A model generated the notes under the pieces. That model worked only from the letters and a program-made list of their open reading frames with translations, did no database searches and was not told where the DNA came from. The position numbers were made by a program, and so were the translations under genes. Positions 1-12,546 of a stretch of 64,000 nt of DNA are shown piece after piece. This DNA comes from Peribolospora baueri (lineage: Eukaryota). The stretch lies in assembly GCA_029717555.1 (NCBI GenBank), contig JAMDHS010000104.1, positions 1-64,000 of the forward strand. The letters run 5' to 3'. Within the stretch, counting starts at the first letter, position 1; every line of letters starts with the position of its first letter.

Positions 1-6
1 CAACCG

Positions 7-38
<32 letters not shown>

Positions 39-50
39 AGAGAAAGAGAA
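7..50. repeat. poly(A) tract followed by AG-rich microsatellite
   Basis: Run of about 29 A followed by (GA)n-like repeats, read directly. Confidence 0.9.
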
Positions 51-1237
51 AGTGCCTCCGTGGCCGTAGAGCCGAATGAGGGGAGCGAAATGGGAGCGCG
101 GTGCCTACACGTGGCTGCTCTCTATCGGCCATCGGCCTTCGGCCCTATCTCGACGGTACAGTAAGCGCGGATGACTATGGATGGATGGATGGCGTCGTGC
201 AGGGCGAGCCCGACAATGCAAGCGACCTGCATCGCATCGCCGGTCGCCGGTCGGCAGGCCGCGCTCGGAGGCCGCGCTAGGCAGGACGGCGATGTCGGTG
301 CCAAGCAAGAGACAGCACATCACAGCGATTGCATTGCGGAGGAGGTGGGATCGCGGACTTGGACTTGGGCGTACGAAATCCGGAAGCAAGAAGGATGAGC
401 AGGTGGGCGTGAATTGCTGATGAGACACGGGGTTAAGCGCCCAAGAGACTTTAGGCTAAGCGTAGAGGTGGAGGCGGCGGAGGCGGACATATGCGGATAT
501 GTATGTGGGACATGTGAGCACGGCTCCATCCTTCGGCATTTTCGGACCGACGGCGACAACGACGCCGTGGCATCGCAGGCCTCGGCCGCAAACGATGACA
601 GACCGACCGTAAGGCTATATGAGATTGATTCATCCGTCAAGGTGGGAGGGAGGGAGGAAGAGAGAGTGACTAGGTCGTGCGCGACGCGACGCGACGCGCA
701 AGGAGCAGAACCAGAACCAGATCGGAGGAGAAGTGTCAGCGAAGGAGCGTCGTCGCTTTGTGTGCTATGTATGTATGTTATGTGGTGGTGTCCGAGAGCG
801 AAGCGAGTGCTCAAGGCACACCCCAGCCGGACGGGACCCGACGGCGGGGATGGAAATAAGTGGAAAAAAAAGGGAGTGGGGTAGTCATACAACGAACGGT
901 AGACGGGCGGGCGGAATGACGCGGGGCAAACCGACGGAGACGGAAGGGGAGAGGAAGGCAGAAACAAGGGCGGAGGGCAGAAAGACGAGCGGCGTCGAAT
1001 GAGGGGAGCGTAGCGGCCAAAGGGCGAATCTTAGCCGTGGGTATGTTCATTGACGCGCAATGCGGTGTCAGTATCGAAGATGCAAAAAGTCGGGCGTTCT
1101 TGGAATTGGAATGACGAAACCAGTGGAGCCAGGGACGGAAAAGACCCAAGGCGGCGCGGAAGGTGTGCGGCGATTATGCACGTCGGAAGACGTGCCGGAG
1201 ACATTCGACGTCGGATGCGAGGTCGGACAGCATCAGG

Positions 1238-4200
1238 TCACGCTCGAACAAAGGCAGCAATGCAGTTCTGCCACGCCTCGCGCTCCTTCTGGCTGGGCGC
1301 CTGGATAAAGTACGAGTTGTTGTGCGTATAGAGGCAAAAGACATGGTTGCGCTGCAGCACAGGAGGGAAAAGAGGAAACATGAGTTCCTTTACCGCTTTA
1401 GGGCGCCGGCACGCTAACCACACGCCAACTCACGCCAAGCATGTCTTCGACCGCCGGGTTGTGCTCCACCCTGACAGCGCTCAGGTTCATCGCCGTGACC
1501 TCTTCGACCTCACTGGAAGACTCGTACACGTAGAGATACGGCCTGCAACAAGGAAGAGCATGACACAAATGACATGACAAAACGTGAGACGGTGGCCGTT
1601 CGAGGATAGAAAGAACAACCAACTCACCGTCGCAGCACGAACCACTGTCGCATCCAACGGTCGCTGAACGGCTCTATCGGCATCGACAACCAGCCCTTCT
1701 TGGCGACATTGTCGCTGTAGTTGAAGAAAAGACGCCCCAAGAAACGGTCAGCCACACGCGGACACGCCTCTTTCAACCCAGCCCCCCTTTGACACTCACG
1801 TGCGGGGTATTATCTTCACTTCCGAGGTGAATTTTGTCGGACCGGCACTGGGCGCCGCAGACGTCGCGGCGGGTATCGGTGCTGGACTGGGTTCGTCTAT
1901 CGGTTCTTGGCTCAGCTGGATCTGGAAGAAAGCAACGTCAAGTGGGCAAAGGTGATATCGACGTCATCGTCTGCGAGAGAAAGGATGGACACATGCCCAA
2001 GCAGCGTCACCCACCTGCTTGGCATCCGCCACGCTCCGCTGCCACAGTGCAATGGCCTTCTTTAGTATTTCCTCGTCGTCCCGTTCTTCCCTCTCCGGCT
2101 TCCTGCTCGGTGACGCCGGATTAATGACCTTGAGGATAGCCTTCACGCCCTCAACCTCTGCCAGTTTCTGTTCACGACGTACGAGCTGCGCGTGATCCTG
2201 CACGAGAGAAACACCTCTCGGCTTCCACACTCCCAGGGCCTCCTCTCCTCGCACGTATTTGGAGCCTGTGTCGAGCCGCCAGAGTTCCTTGGTGCGCTTC
2301 GTCAACGGCGGCGAGAGGCGCACGCTGAACAGCGCGCTCGTCTTGCTGAGCGTGCGACTCGAGGTCATGAGGGCAACGAGCTTGTTGGGTGGCCTCGAAT
2401 CGCGCGAATGGATGGTCAGTGCGAGGTCCATGTGGAACGTCACAGACTCGGCGCACGTCTCTACTTCGACCTGCCACGTCATCTGTAGAAGGACCCGGTG
2501 GTTCGAAGTCGTGGTCCGGTTAAGGAAGATCGAGTCGTGTATGCTGCTGTCCCACCACGCCCACAAGTCCAGCGAGCTCGTGCCGTCGTTTGCGAAATCG
2601 ATAACCTGTTGCCGGTTCGGAACTTGCAGCTGCACGGGGTCGTGCAAGGTCGAATCATGTATCCGTCCCTTGGGATCCAAGAGACGCACGTTTCCAAGCT
2701 CCACCTTCCGGACGCGTGTCCAAGGGAACTGGCGCCCCGAGCTGTGGGACAACTTGAGAACAACTTTGCGCTGAAGGCCCTGTCGGAGCCAGAAGGAGCC
2801 CGGATCGAGGGCGTTCTGGGCGAGCACGTTCACGGGTGCGTACTCTCCCTTCTCGTTGAGCTCGCAGATCTGGACGAATGCCATTACGTCGTGCTTCTCC
2901 TCCGTCACCAGCTCAGCCTCGGATAGCCGCCCTGCACTTGGGGAAACCACCGCATGCCCGTTGGCCGCGCGGCCGTTCGCGGCCGGCCCTTTCGCCATCG
3001 TCTTGCCTTTAGGCATCTCTCTCGACTCGTCCCACTGGGCGAGCTGGTCGAGGTAGAGCGGCTTGAGACGCGCGAAAAACTCGATGGGCGCAAAGCCCGT
3101 TTTAATGTGAGCGGCGATCTCGGGAGTGATGACGAACGAGACCGTGCGGCGGAGCTTGAGGTCACTCAGCGCGGCACCCTTCTCGATCTCCACTGGCGAC
3201 GACGGGAAGACGTCCTCTGACGCGATCGTAGGGCCGGTCAGAGCCGACAAGCGGACCTGGGTGTGTATGGAAGCGAACCGATCCGGGGTGAAGCCAGTAA
3301 CAGAGTCGACGGTGATGGACAAGCCGAGCTTGTGTCCCTCAGGCAGTTCAGGTCGCCAGTCGGCGCTCGAGGCGGGTGAAGAGGTCCCGTTGGTGAACTT
3401 ACCGTTGGCCTTGGCCGGCGAAGACAGGCTGACGAACTTGACCTCGACGCGACAAGATCCCATGGCTTCGCCGTTGTGCCGGGAGAGAATCGGCACCACG
3501 TGCTTCGTCGTGATGTGACGAGCAAGCGGGGAAAGCGTTACGAGAGCGTTGCCGACGAAAACGAACCCAGGAGAAGGAGATTCGTAAAAGGGGTCTTCCC
3601 AGTTGAAGTGGCGCGAATATTCAGGGCGGTCGATGAACGTGTAGAGATTGCGCATCTTTTGAAGTCGTTGCTCCAGCTTGTCGATGGACCAGGTGTAAAG
3701 CGTCGTATTGCGCTTGTCAATCACCTTGATGCCGATGCACGGTTTGGGGCATTTGGCCAGCGCGGGGTCAGCGACGTCATCGAACTCTGTCAAGCCAGAG
3801 ATGGCTTCGAGGGCCGAGGAGGGGTTCGATAGCGGGCCCTCTTCCACGACGGTAAATTGGTACGTCGTACCCTTGTTGAGCTCTACACGTTGTTAAGAGT
3901 CAGAGTGAGAACCGGCACCACTAGCTCCCAATGCGGAGCGCATTATCGGTTGAAGTTGGAGGCTCGCTCACCTTTGCTGATCACGTTCGCCTCCTTTATC
4001 AACACGGCGTTACTGAGGACCTGCTCAGCCATTCCGACTCTAGTATGCGTCCTCCATTTGCTGAGCACCCAGTCGATCAGCCTCCTCTGCTCCTCCGTGT
4101 ATACCGTCTTTTCCTCCAGCTCGGCCACGCTGCCGGGCACTCCGCCGGCGATGCGCTTGAAGCGTTCCTCGTATTGCTTCACCTTGGCCTTGAGGTCCTC

Positions 4201-7160
4201 GGCCTCCTTATGGCTCAGGGTACCTGCAGGCGTGCCGGCGACACTGGAGCGCAATGGGTCGCCGAAGGAGGCCTCAGAACTACCCATCTGGAGCGTCGAG
4301 AGGCCCGTGTCGTCCGTGCTCGTCGAGAACGGCCGAGCGTAAGAGTTGGTGCTCTCAGACATGCCGTCGTCAAAGTAGCTCATCCTGCTCTCCGGTCTGC
4401 CCGAGCCGCCCTTACGCGAAGTCCTCGCACGGGAGATGTCGTCAAACAGTTTATCCAGGTCCTCCTCGTTCAGCTTGTCAAAGTTGACGTCCTGACCGTT
4501 GAGCTTGGCAAGCGCAAGCTCCCTTCGGGCATATGTCCAGTCCACGTCCGCCGCCGAAGCAGTGGAGATGGGCGAGTCCGGCCTCGTCGCTGCCTCCGTC
4601 TGCTCTGCCTGCCCATCCTGAGCGGGCGTACCCGGCGTGCCCGGCCCTTTCAAGTCCTCGGCCTTGGTGCTCATGGCAAGCGTCGACCTGACCTTGTCCC
4701 TCGCCTTGCGCACTTCCTCAGGATGGTTGAAGCGGAAGATGTGAAAGTCGCCCATGATGACGCGGTAACCCGACTTGAGCCTTCTAGGCTTGTCCACGGA
4801 CACTCGCACGCCGTTGACCATCGTCATGCTGTCGGGCATCGCATGGATGGTGACGACGCCGTCGGCGTTCTCAAAATAGCAGTGTTCCGAGAGAATGTTC
4901 GAACCGGACAACCGGATGTGCGCGTTCGGCGACCCCTCTAACGAGCCCACCACCGTCTTCCCCGGCTTGATCTGGTAGATCAAGCATTCGGACATGAGAG
5001 GATCTTCGTTCAGGTTGACCAAGTGAGGCAGCTGCAAGAACAGAGATCGACAATTGATGAGCGAGCCGGAGTGTGCTACATCCGAAGAAAACAGGAGCCT
5101 CTCACCTTCTTGGGCGTGTGAACGCCAACATGGTTCTTCTCGACGGTGATACCGAGCTCCTCGAGCGCATGCTCGCGCTCTTTCTGGATAAGCTGTGTTT
5201 TCACCATCTTCTCCTCCCAACTCTCGTTTAAGCTCGCCATGATCTTCTCGCTCTGCTCCAACTGTTCCTGCAGTTCTGCTTTGGTCACCGTCCGAATCTC
5301 TCCTGTCTTGGTCTGGTACCGCACCACTTGCTTCTCTGGAGGTACCGTTGGATCCCAAGTGCTCTCGTTCTCCATCCCTCCGCTACCTCCCCCGACTCTG
5401 GTGCGGAGCATCTCGAGCTCCTCCTTGAGCTCACGGATGAGTTTGGCGTTTGGATCCTCGTTAACCACGGCCTTGTTCTTGATCTTCTTGGCCTGGTCGG
5501 CGTAGCGGAGGGTGGAGAGCGTCTCGTCGTAATCGGCAGGCGAGATGGCTGCGATCATGGCCGTCTTCGAGTTGCCCCCCAAACTGTCCTTCAGGAGCCA
5601 GGTCAGGATCTGCCCGACGAAAGCGAGGGGAGAACGGACACCAGTCAGCCATAGATCTCAAGCTCCATCACGCCAAAGTCCACTCGCGTCGATTCCGCTC
5701 GTCTACTCACCGAATCACGGTATGGTACAAAGTCGAGCGCTCCCTTTTTCTTGCCCTTGCTGGATGCCTCAGACATGCTAGCGTGAGCGAGAGCAGCAAT
5801 GACCTTTCCGAGGGTGGTGAGGGACTTGTTAATGTTGGCACCCTCCTTGAGCCGCTGGCCCGTGGCACCGGTAGAGTTAGCACGCTCCGAACCCGCCAAG
5901 TCGACCAAGCTGCACGCGAAGGAGAGCACGGATGAAAGGTCAGTCAGTCTCCGATCGGCGTCCTCCGTGCTTACACATTGCAAACCGCCTTACCTAATGC
6001 GCGACACCTTCTCAGTCTCCAAGTTGGTCTCGACGTCGCGGCGCTTCTGGGTGAGCACAAGGGTGAAGACAGCGTGCGAACGGGACGAGGTAGCGTTCAT
6101 GTTGGTAGAGGCGACCGTTCGTGCCTGCCGACGTGGGAGCAAAAAGCCAATCATGAACGGGGTTAAAAGCAACGAAGGGATCGGTGCAAGGAATCTAATC
6201 CCGACGGCGAAAAGTCCGGACCGACCTTATTACCCTCGTCCATGAGATGTTCGATGTCTTCGAAGTTCTGCACAGCGAGCTTGCTGAGGTCCTCGACGTA
6301 CGGTCCCAAGCTAGGGTGCTCTCGTACTTTGAGATTGCCCTTGTTCTTGGGGTTGAGCAAATCTCGCACCTTCTCGTTGTAGATCTCGATGTACGAGACC
6401 TCGACGTTGCAAGTCAGGTTGGCGTCCTTGCCGGTCTTTTCTTTTATCTGCTCAAACAGCTGCTCGCAAGTCAGCGGGATGATGCCCTTGTCCGCGCCGT
6501 AGCCCATCATCGAGTAGGATTTGCCTGACCCCGTTTGGCCATCTGCACAGAAGAAATGAACTCTGACTAGTGAGCCGGGAACTCCGTCTACGAGCAGTCC
6601 ACAGCGAAAGAGGACTCAGGGAAATGCACGCACAAGCAAATATACACGTGTTGAAGCCCTCGAACGAGTGCTGAAGCAGCTCGGCACCTAGGTCGTTATA
6701 GAGCTGTATTTTATGCGCAGACGGGTGAATGTAAGACGCCGTCAACACACAGCCGACCGCCCGATGCGCCCGCGGCACGCCGACTCACCATCTCCTGACT
6801 GGCGTAATCAGGATGGGACTTGTCAACATACGAGTTGTAGCTCTTATCGAAGGCGAACGACATGGTCTTGCGCTCGGTGGCCTTTGCGTGCGCCGCTTTG
6901 TCGGTGCCGTCCGGGTCGGGAGGGTCGAGGATGGTCTGGTTGCCTTCTATACGAATCAGCGGTTTGGCACCGCGAGTGAGCTCTGAGGGTGGGGCGTATT
7001 GCAGTGACGAAAACAGAGAAGGGCGGAGAGAGGAGGAGCAGAGAGGACAACGGTGAGCTCGGAGGACTCGGCCGGGACAAGAGGCGACGCCGCGTCGACA
7101 CTGCTCACCTCTCGTATTCAGCGGCCTACACCGCACGACGACCTTGATATTGCCGCTCAT
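1238..7160 (-). CDS. kin3: Kinesin-3 family motor (Kin3/Unc104/KIF1-like), multi-exon
   Basis: Starts [13 protein letters not shown]. Motor motifs are [19 protein letters not shown] and LVDLAGSE. These are followed by an FHA region ([17 protein letters not shown]), a KIF1-type stalk, and a C-terminal PH domain (RPYLYVYE...[17 protein letters not shown]). GT-AG introns join the ORF pieces. Confidence 0.95.
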
Positions 7161-7945
7161 CTTGACGCGATCCTTCGGGGAGCGAATCTACGTTCGCGCT
7201 TGGTGATGTCTCCGGAAGGTTGTATGCGTCGCGCACAGGGGGTCCGAGCGAGAGCGGAGGAAAGGAGTATAGACTTAGAGAATAAAAGAGAGCCGCAGCG
7301 CTAGGCCGGGCGAGGTGATGCCGGTCCGTTCGACGTTCCCTTCCCTCCGCAGCGCAAGCCAGGCAGCGAGGTGGTGTGTTGTTGGGTCTAAGAGAAGGAA
7401 CGGCGCCGAAGAAGCGCAAGGGACAGGGAGGGGTATCGGGCACGAGGACGCCGCCTCGGTAGCCGGTATGAAGGTGGTGGTGGTGAGCTGAGGGGGAGGA
7501 GGCGCGACAGGGAGGGAGAAAAGGGCAAGGGCGATGGGAAGGAGATGAAGATGGAGACGACGAAGGGAGACCTGAGCGACGAGGAGAGGGAGAAGGAGGA
7601 GCTCGCGATCGTCCGCTCTAATGTCCTGGATCAGGTTCAACGTCGCCGACGAACGAAAGCGCGCGCGGTGTGGCCCGTCGAGGCCCAGCTAATGAACCCC
7701 TCCAGCCGCTTAACGCCGCCTACGCCCCGGACCTCTTCTGCCGCAGCAGTCATGCTCCACCGCTCGCCGTGGCGGTGGTTGGCATCGCGGTTGGTTGATG
7801 AGCGTTGCTGCAACCGACGCGGCCGACCCGGCAGCACCGACTGCTCCCTTTGCTGCTCCCATTCTCGCAAACTCTACTTCGCAGGCAAGCAATCACGCAG
7901 TCGGACGAGCAAGCAGGGAGCAGACTATCACTCCAGCCAGCAGTC

Positions 7946-8805
7946 ATGCCCGCCGCCCGCCCGCTCGTGTCGGCGCCCCTCGGTGAGTCGCCTGGATGGC
8001 CCCCCCGGTGCATCCGAGCGGTCATGATGGCCAGTCTGTCCATCACGCTGACATCGCTCCGTCCTTCCCTCTTTCTCACGTCTCATTTTGGATGCTAGCG
8101 GGGTGCTGTAGCCTCTTTTCCGTCTTTGGCGCTATTGTTTTGGCGGTGGTGGGTGTCGAATACCGCTCGGTCCCGTCGCAATTCGTTGTCTTCGTAAGCT
8201 TGTCGAGCTGACCTTACTCGCCCCTTCCGCGCTCAGATCGGCTGGGGCTTCGATCACGACGTGAGTTGGTCTATCTCTTCTTTCCCTCCCTTGCCGTGTC
8301 GACAGCGCCATCGTTCTCTCCCCTCCTATGCTTGTGAGACACGCATTCCTGGTAGCCAACTCGGTTCCCCTTGTGTATCTGCGTTCTGCGGAGACGAGCT
8401 CGCACTTCTTTGCCTACACCTCACTTCGTCTCGACGCCTTTTACCCCTCCTCGGCGGTGGCTAGCGTGAACCGCCGCACATTCCCTTGCAAAGGAGGAAC
8501 ATTGTCGATCATGCTGAACCGATCTTGTTTCCTGGTCCCCCTTTTCGGCGTCGCGCAGTGGGAATCGTTCATGGGCTCGACGCACGACCCCAAGGACGGG
8601 CATGCCGTGGCGCAGACCTGCTACGTCGCCGCCCTAGTCTATGCCGCCTTTATCGTGTTTTGCTGCTGTCAGGTGAGCAGTCTTCTTCTCCATCCTCGAA
8701 CGGAGCCGCCGCTGAACTCGGCGAACCCGGGCTTGCTTTGCGCGGCCGATCGTCATCCTGTCACAGCTTGGCGTCCACCGACGATACTCGCGCATCCAGT
8801 TGTAG
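7946..8805 (+). CDS. V-ATPase Vo subunit f (RNase-kappa / yeast YPR170W-B-like), 87 aa, 5 exons
   Basis: Exons 7946-7982, 8099-8148, 8237-8260, 8559-8672 and 8767-8805 splice (GT-AG) to MPAARPLVSAPLAGCCSLFSVFGAIVLAVIGWGFDHDWESFMGSTHDPKDGHAVAQTCYVAALVYAAFIVFCCCQLGVHRRYSRIQL. This matches the recalled two-TM family pattern RPVVS..CC..LS.FG...ESF.GS..DP.DG.AVA. Confidence 0.88.
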
Positions 8806-9180
8806 AAACCGATCCAAAGTCTGCCCTCTCTTTTCCTAGTTCCTTGTGTATGTATGCCATCCTCTTCCAGTATGAATATATATCCGATGCTCTCGGCACC
8901 GCGATGCGGCGTCCATAGCTGCTCAGGCACAACGCTACTGCGGTTGGCCTGGGCGCCGAGATGAGCTGGGTTATTCTAACGGCGGCCAAGGGTTGCATCA
9001 CGGCTCGTGTGGATCCTTACTCGTCTCTTATACCCATCCCTCTCGCGCTCGCCATCGCACCGGGCCTTCTCTCCTCTCCATACCCATCCCTATCGCACTT
9101 GCAATCGCACCTGCCCGTCTCCGGGCACGTCCGCCGACCCGACACTCCATCCCCGCGCAGCATCGCCGCCGCTCCGGACC

Positions 9181-11695
9181 ATGTCCCGCCGCCGAAGTGT
9201 CCCCTCGGCCTTCGCGACTCCAGCGACGCCGCGCCATGCCTTCTCCTCTCCACAGAGTCCACCTAGGAGGCTGACCTACTCTCAGTCGGTCACTCATCTT
9301 CCCGCCGTCGTCGCCAAGCGCGGCACCGCTAGTCGCTCGGCCACGGCTGCGCCGGCTGTTGGCGGCGGCGCAGGACAGGTGGTGCAGGGCGCCCCTGCCG
9401 CTGATGCTGGTGCTGGTGCTGCGAAGGCGGCTTCGACATCGGCTGCTGGAGAGGGCACAGGCAAGGCCGAGCAAATAACCACGAAAGATGCAGTGTCCTC
9501 TGAGCACAAGTCGAACGACGCCCATCCTGCTCCTACTCCTGCCGCACAGGAACATACGGCACCGGCCCCGTCTGCCTCGGAGCCGACGTCGCGAGCGGTA
9601 TCCACCTCAGCCCATAGCATCCTGTCTCCCACACCCCCAACTCCTACGCCCGCGCCCTCCCAAGCGCCCGTACCTCCAACCTTTCTCGAACTCGCACACT
9701 GTCGCAAATCCCGCAAGGCTCTTCGGTCGATCAAGAAGAGCGGAGTGCGGGCGTATTATGAGCATCAGAACGAGGTGCTGGATGCTTTCAAAGAGGTGGA
9801 CTTGGTCTTGAGAATCGCCGATGGGGAGGAAGGGGAGGGGGATAGTGACGAGGACGCCAGCGTCGACGAGCACGGCGCGAGCTCCAAGGCGACTTCACAC
9901 ATCGACGGTAGCACGACGACGGGTGTGAAAGACGGCAGGAACGGCAACCCGCTTCCCTCCATAGGCGGCAGCAGCGCTAACAGCGTTGCCGCCCGGAACA
10001 ATCACGGTCTAACGGAAGACGGAGGCGAGTCGGTGGGCGAGACTACGGCGCTGCTTCCCAAGAGCAAGGCCGAGAGAGACGCTGCTGCCAGAAAATCGGA
10101 AAATGTGGCTATCAACGGTAAGTCGTCGACGATCATTTTGTGCTTAATCGCCCAACCATGAATCGCTTAGGCACCACCAGACCAGGAGAAGAGCTTCGAT
10201 TCGCCAACTAGCCGTTTAATTGTTCCTTCCTCTCCTCTTTCCGTCTTGTTTCCGCTTGCAAACAGTCAATATGGGACTCAACTTCGTCCTCTTCCTGGGC
10301 AAAGGCGTGGCCGTCCTCTCCTCTCGATCCATCACCCTCGTTGCCTCTCTCGTGGACTCTGCGCTGGACCTGCTCTCGACGCTCATCATCTTCGGCACTA
10401 ACAAGGCGGTGGAGCACCGGAGTCCAAGGACGATGTATAGGGTGCGTTCGAGATGACTTTTCCTAGGAAAGCGAATGGGGAGGATGTGGACATAGCTGAC
10501 CTTCGTAAGTAACTTGCTGCTCTACCTCCACTCACGTCAGTACCCCGTCGGGAAGCGTAGGCTCGGTCCTCTCGGTGTCGTCGTATTCTCGGTGCTGATG
10601 ATCGCAAGGTGGGTGGCGCCACGTTCATCTTGTGCGAGACGTACCTGCGCCTTGAAGTCGTACTGAACCCGGTTTCGCTCTTGTCCGCTTTCAAAGCTTT
10701 GTGCAAGTTCTGATAGAATCCCTGGACCGGCTGTACAAGATGGTCACGCTCGGACCGGCAGCTGGAGTCGAGCCAAAGCTGGGAACGTTGGGCATCGTAT
10801 TCATGGTCGTGACGATCGTCGCTAAGGGTATAATGTACTTGTGAGTAGATTAGATCGGACGTCTCTCTTCTTGATGCCTCGATCGTGCCCTGTCCGTGCC
10901 CGTCCGGCATGGCCGTTAACGTCCGCCGTCTCTCCACAAAACCAGAATTTACAAGGACGCGAAGAGCTCGAGCGTGAAGGCTCTGGCGCAGGATGCAGAG
11001 GTAAGCGCCACGTTCGGAACGGCGAGCGAGTCGTCCTTGCTAATAAGCCCGTGTTCGTCGCCCCCCTTCTTCTTCGGCAGAACGACGTGTTCTTCAACCT
11101 TCTCTCGCTCATCTTCCCGCTGATAGGCGACAAGCTGAATGCCCCACACCTCGATCCGATCGGAGGTGCGCTGCTCTCGCTGTACATCATCATGGAGTGG
11201 ATCGGGACGCTGCGAGAGACTGTGGAGAGGCTGAGCGGAAGCGTGGCCAGCGATATTGAGATCCAGCGGTGAGCGTGCGCGGGAGAGATGAGGAAGATCA
11301 AAAGTTGTCGGATTACGCTGACTCATGTGTCGCCGACTCGGGCCCATCTCGCACTGGCCACAGAGCACTCTACCTGCTCACCCGCTTCGCCGCCATCGAC
11401 AGCATCTCTCACCTCGCCGTGTACCACCAGGGCGACCAGACGGTGATCGAGTGTGATCTCATCCTGAACGGCAACATGTCGGTGCGTACGGAGCGCCCAC
11501 TTACCTCCGTTTCTTCCCCCCTAGCGACTTTTTTTGCTGACTCCCACTCGTCGACGACACCAGCTCGGCGAGGCGCACGACCTGGTAGAGACGATAACGT
11601 ACGCCCTCGAGTCGCTGGATAACGTGGAGAGGGCGTTTGTGCACCTCGATACCAAGGTCGGAGGACCGCCGTCCCACCTTTCCCGGAGCGGGTGA
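9181..11695 (+). CDS. Cation diffusion facilitator, Mn-CDF (MTP8-11-like) metal transporter, multi-exon
   Basis: Contains VRAYYEHQNE, SLVDSALDLLS (DxxxD), YPVGKRRLGPLG, ALAQDAE|NDVFFN (second DxxxD), LDPIGGALLS, and the C-terminal EAHD...LESLDNVERAFVHLD. A DxxxD/DxxxD pair is typical of the Mn subgroup. Confidence 0.88.
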
Positions 11696-12546
11696 AGGGC
11701 AAGGGGTGTAGGGGTGTGAGGGTGGGCGCCCGATACGGATACGGGAAACGGCCGGTGGGCCGGATCGAAATCGGTCAGCTAGCATAGGTTGTCCGCGGAC
11801 AGGAAAACACGTTTGTTTCATCCAAGTGGATGGAAGGATGGCCTCCTCCCACTTGCGCTATCGAAAAAGTGTGGTTGTTGCTCGGCTCGGCTCGGCTGTC
11901 GACCGACGCGTATTCAAAGTCGCTCGTTTCTCTCTCTTGGCTTAGGAACCATCTCGTATTTCACTTGATCCAAGTCGCTCGTCTTTTCTTTCAGTTCGCC
12001 TGCGGAGGCTCATGGGACTGGCTGGCGTGTGGACGGAAGCGAGGCGTGGATGGTGTACGGCGCGCGGTGAAGCTGTGCTGTGCTCCGTCTCCACGATCGT
12101 CCCCAAGTGGCGCGGTTCGGTTGTGTTGGCATGTGTGTTTTCGATTTGCATCGCCACCACCGCCATCGTCGTCACCCTGATGAGGCAATAAGCGCGATGC
12201 TATGCTGCCTCGTGTAACTGACTGACTGACTGACGTCATTCGTGTCGGCGTCGGCGTCTCGCTATCCTTGCCATCCGTCTCCGAGCGGGACAGGACGCCG
12301 ACCGGAGATATACGTTGATGCCACGCTCATCGTCATCGTCGTCGTGCGAGTATATATATGTAGGACAACGCCCTCGCTCCCTCTTCCTTATCGCCCTCCA
12401 GCACATACCCACCCACTCCCGTCGGGCTCATCATACCATCATACCCAACGCATACCCCGCACCCCCCGTCCCCCGCCAGCCATCGGCTTGCTCCATCTTT
12501 CGTCAACCCACTTTCCCGCCCGGGTCGCCCGCCTGCTCGTCCCACA

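Noticed and set aside
105..1200. Short ORFs at the window start, and the many antisense ORFs over real genes elsewhere
   Set aside because: No recognisable motifs. Long shadow ORFs are expected at this GC content.
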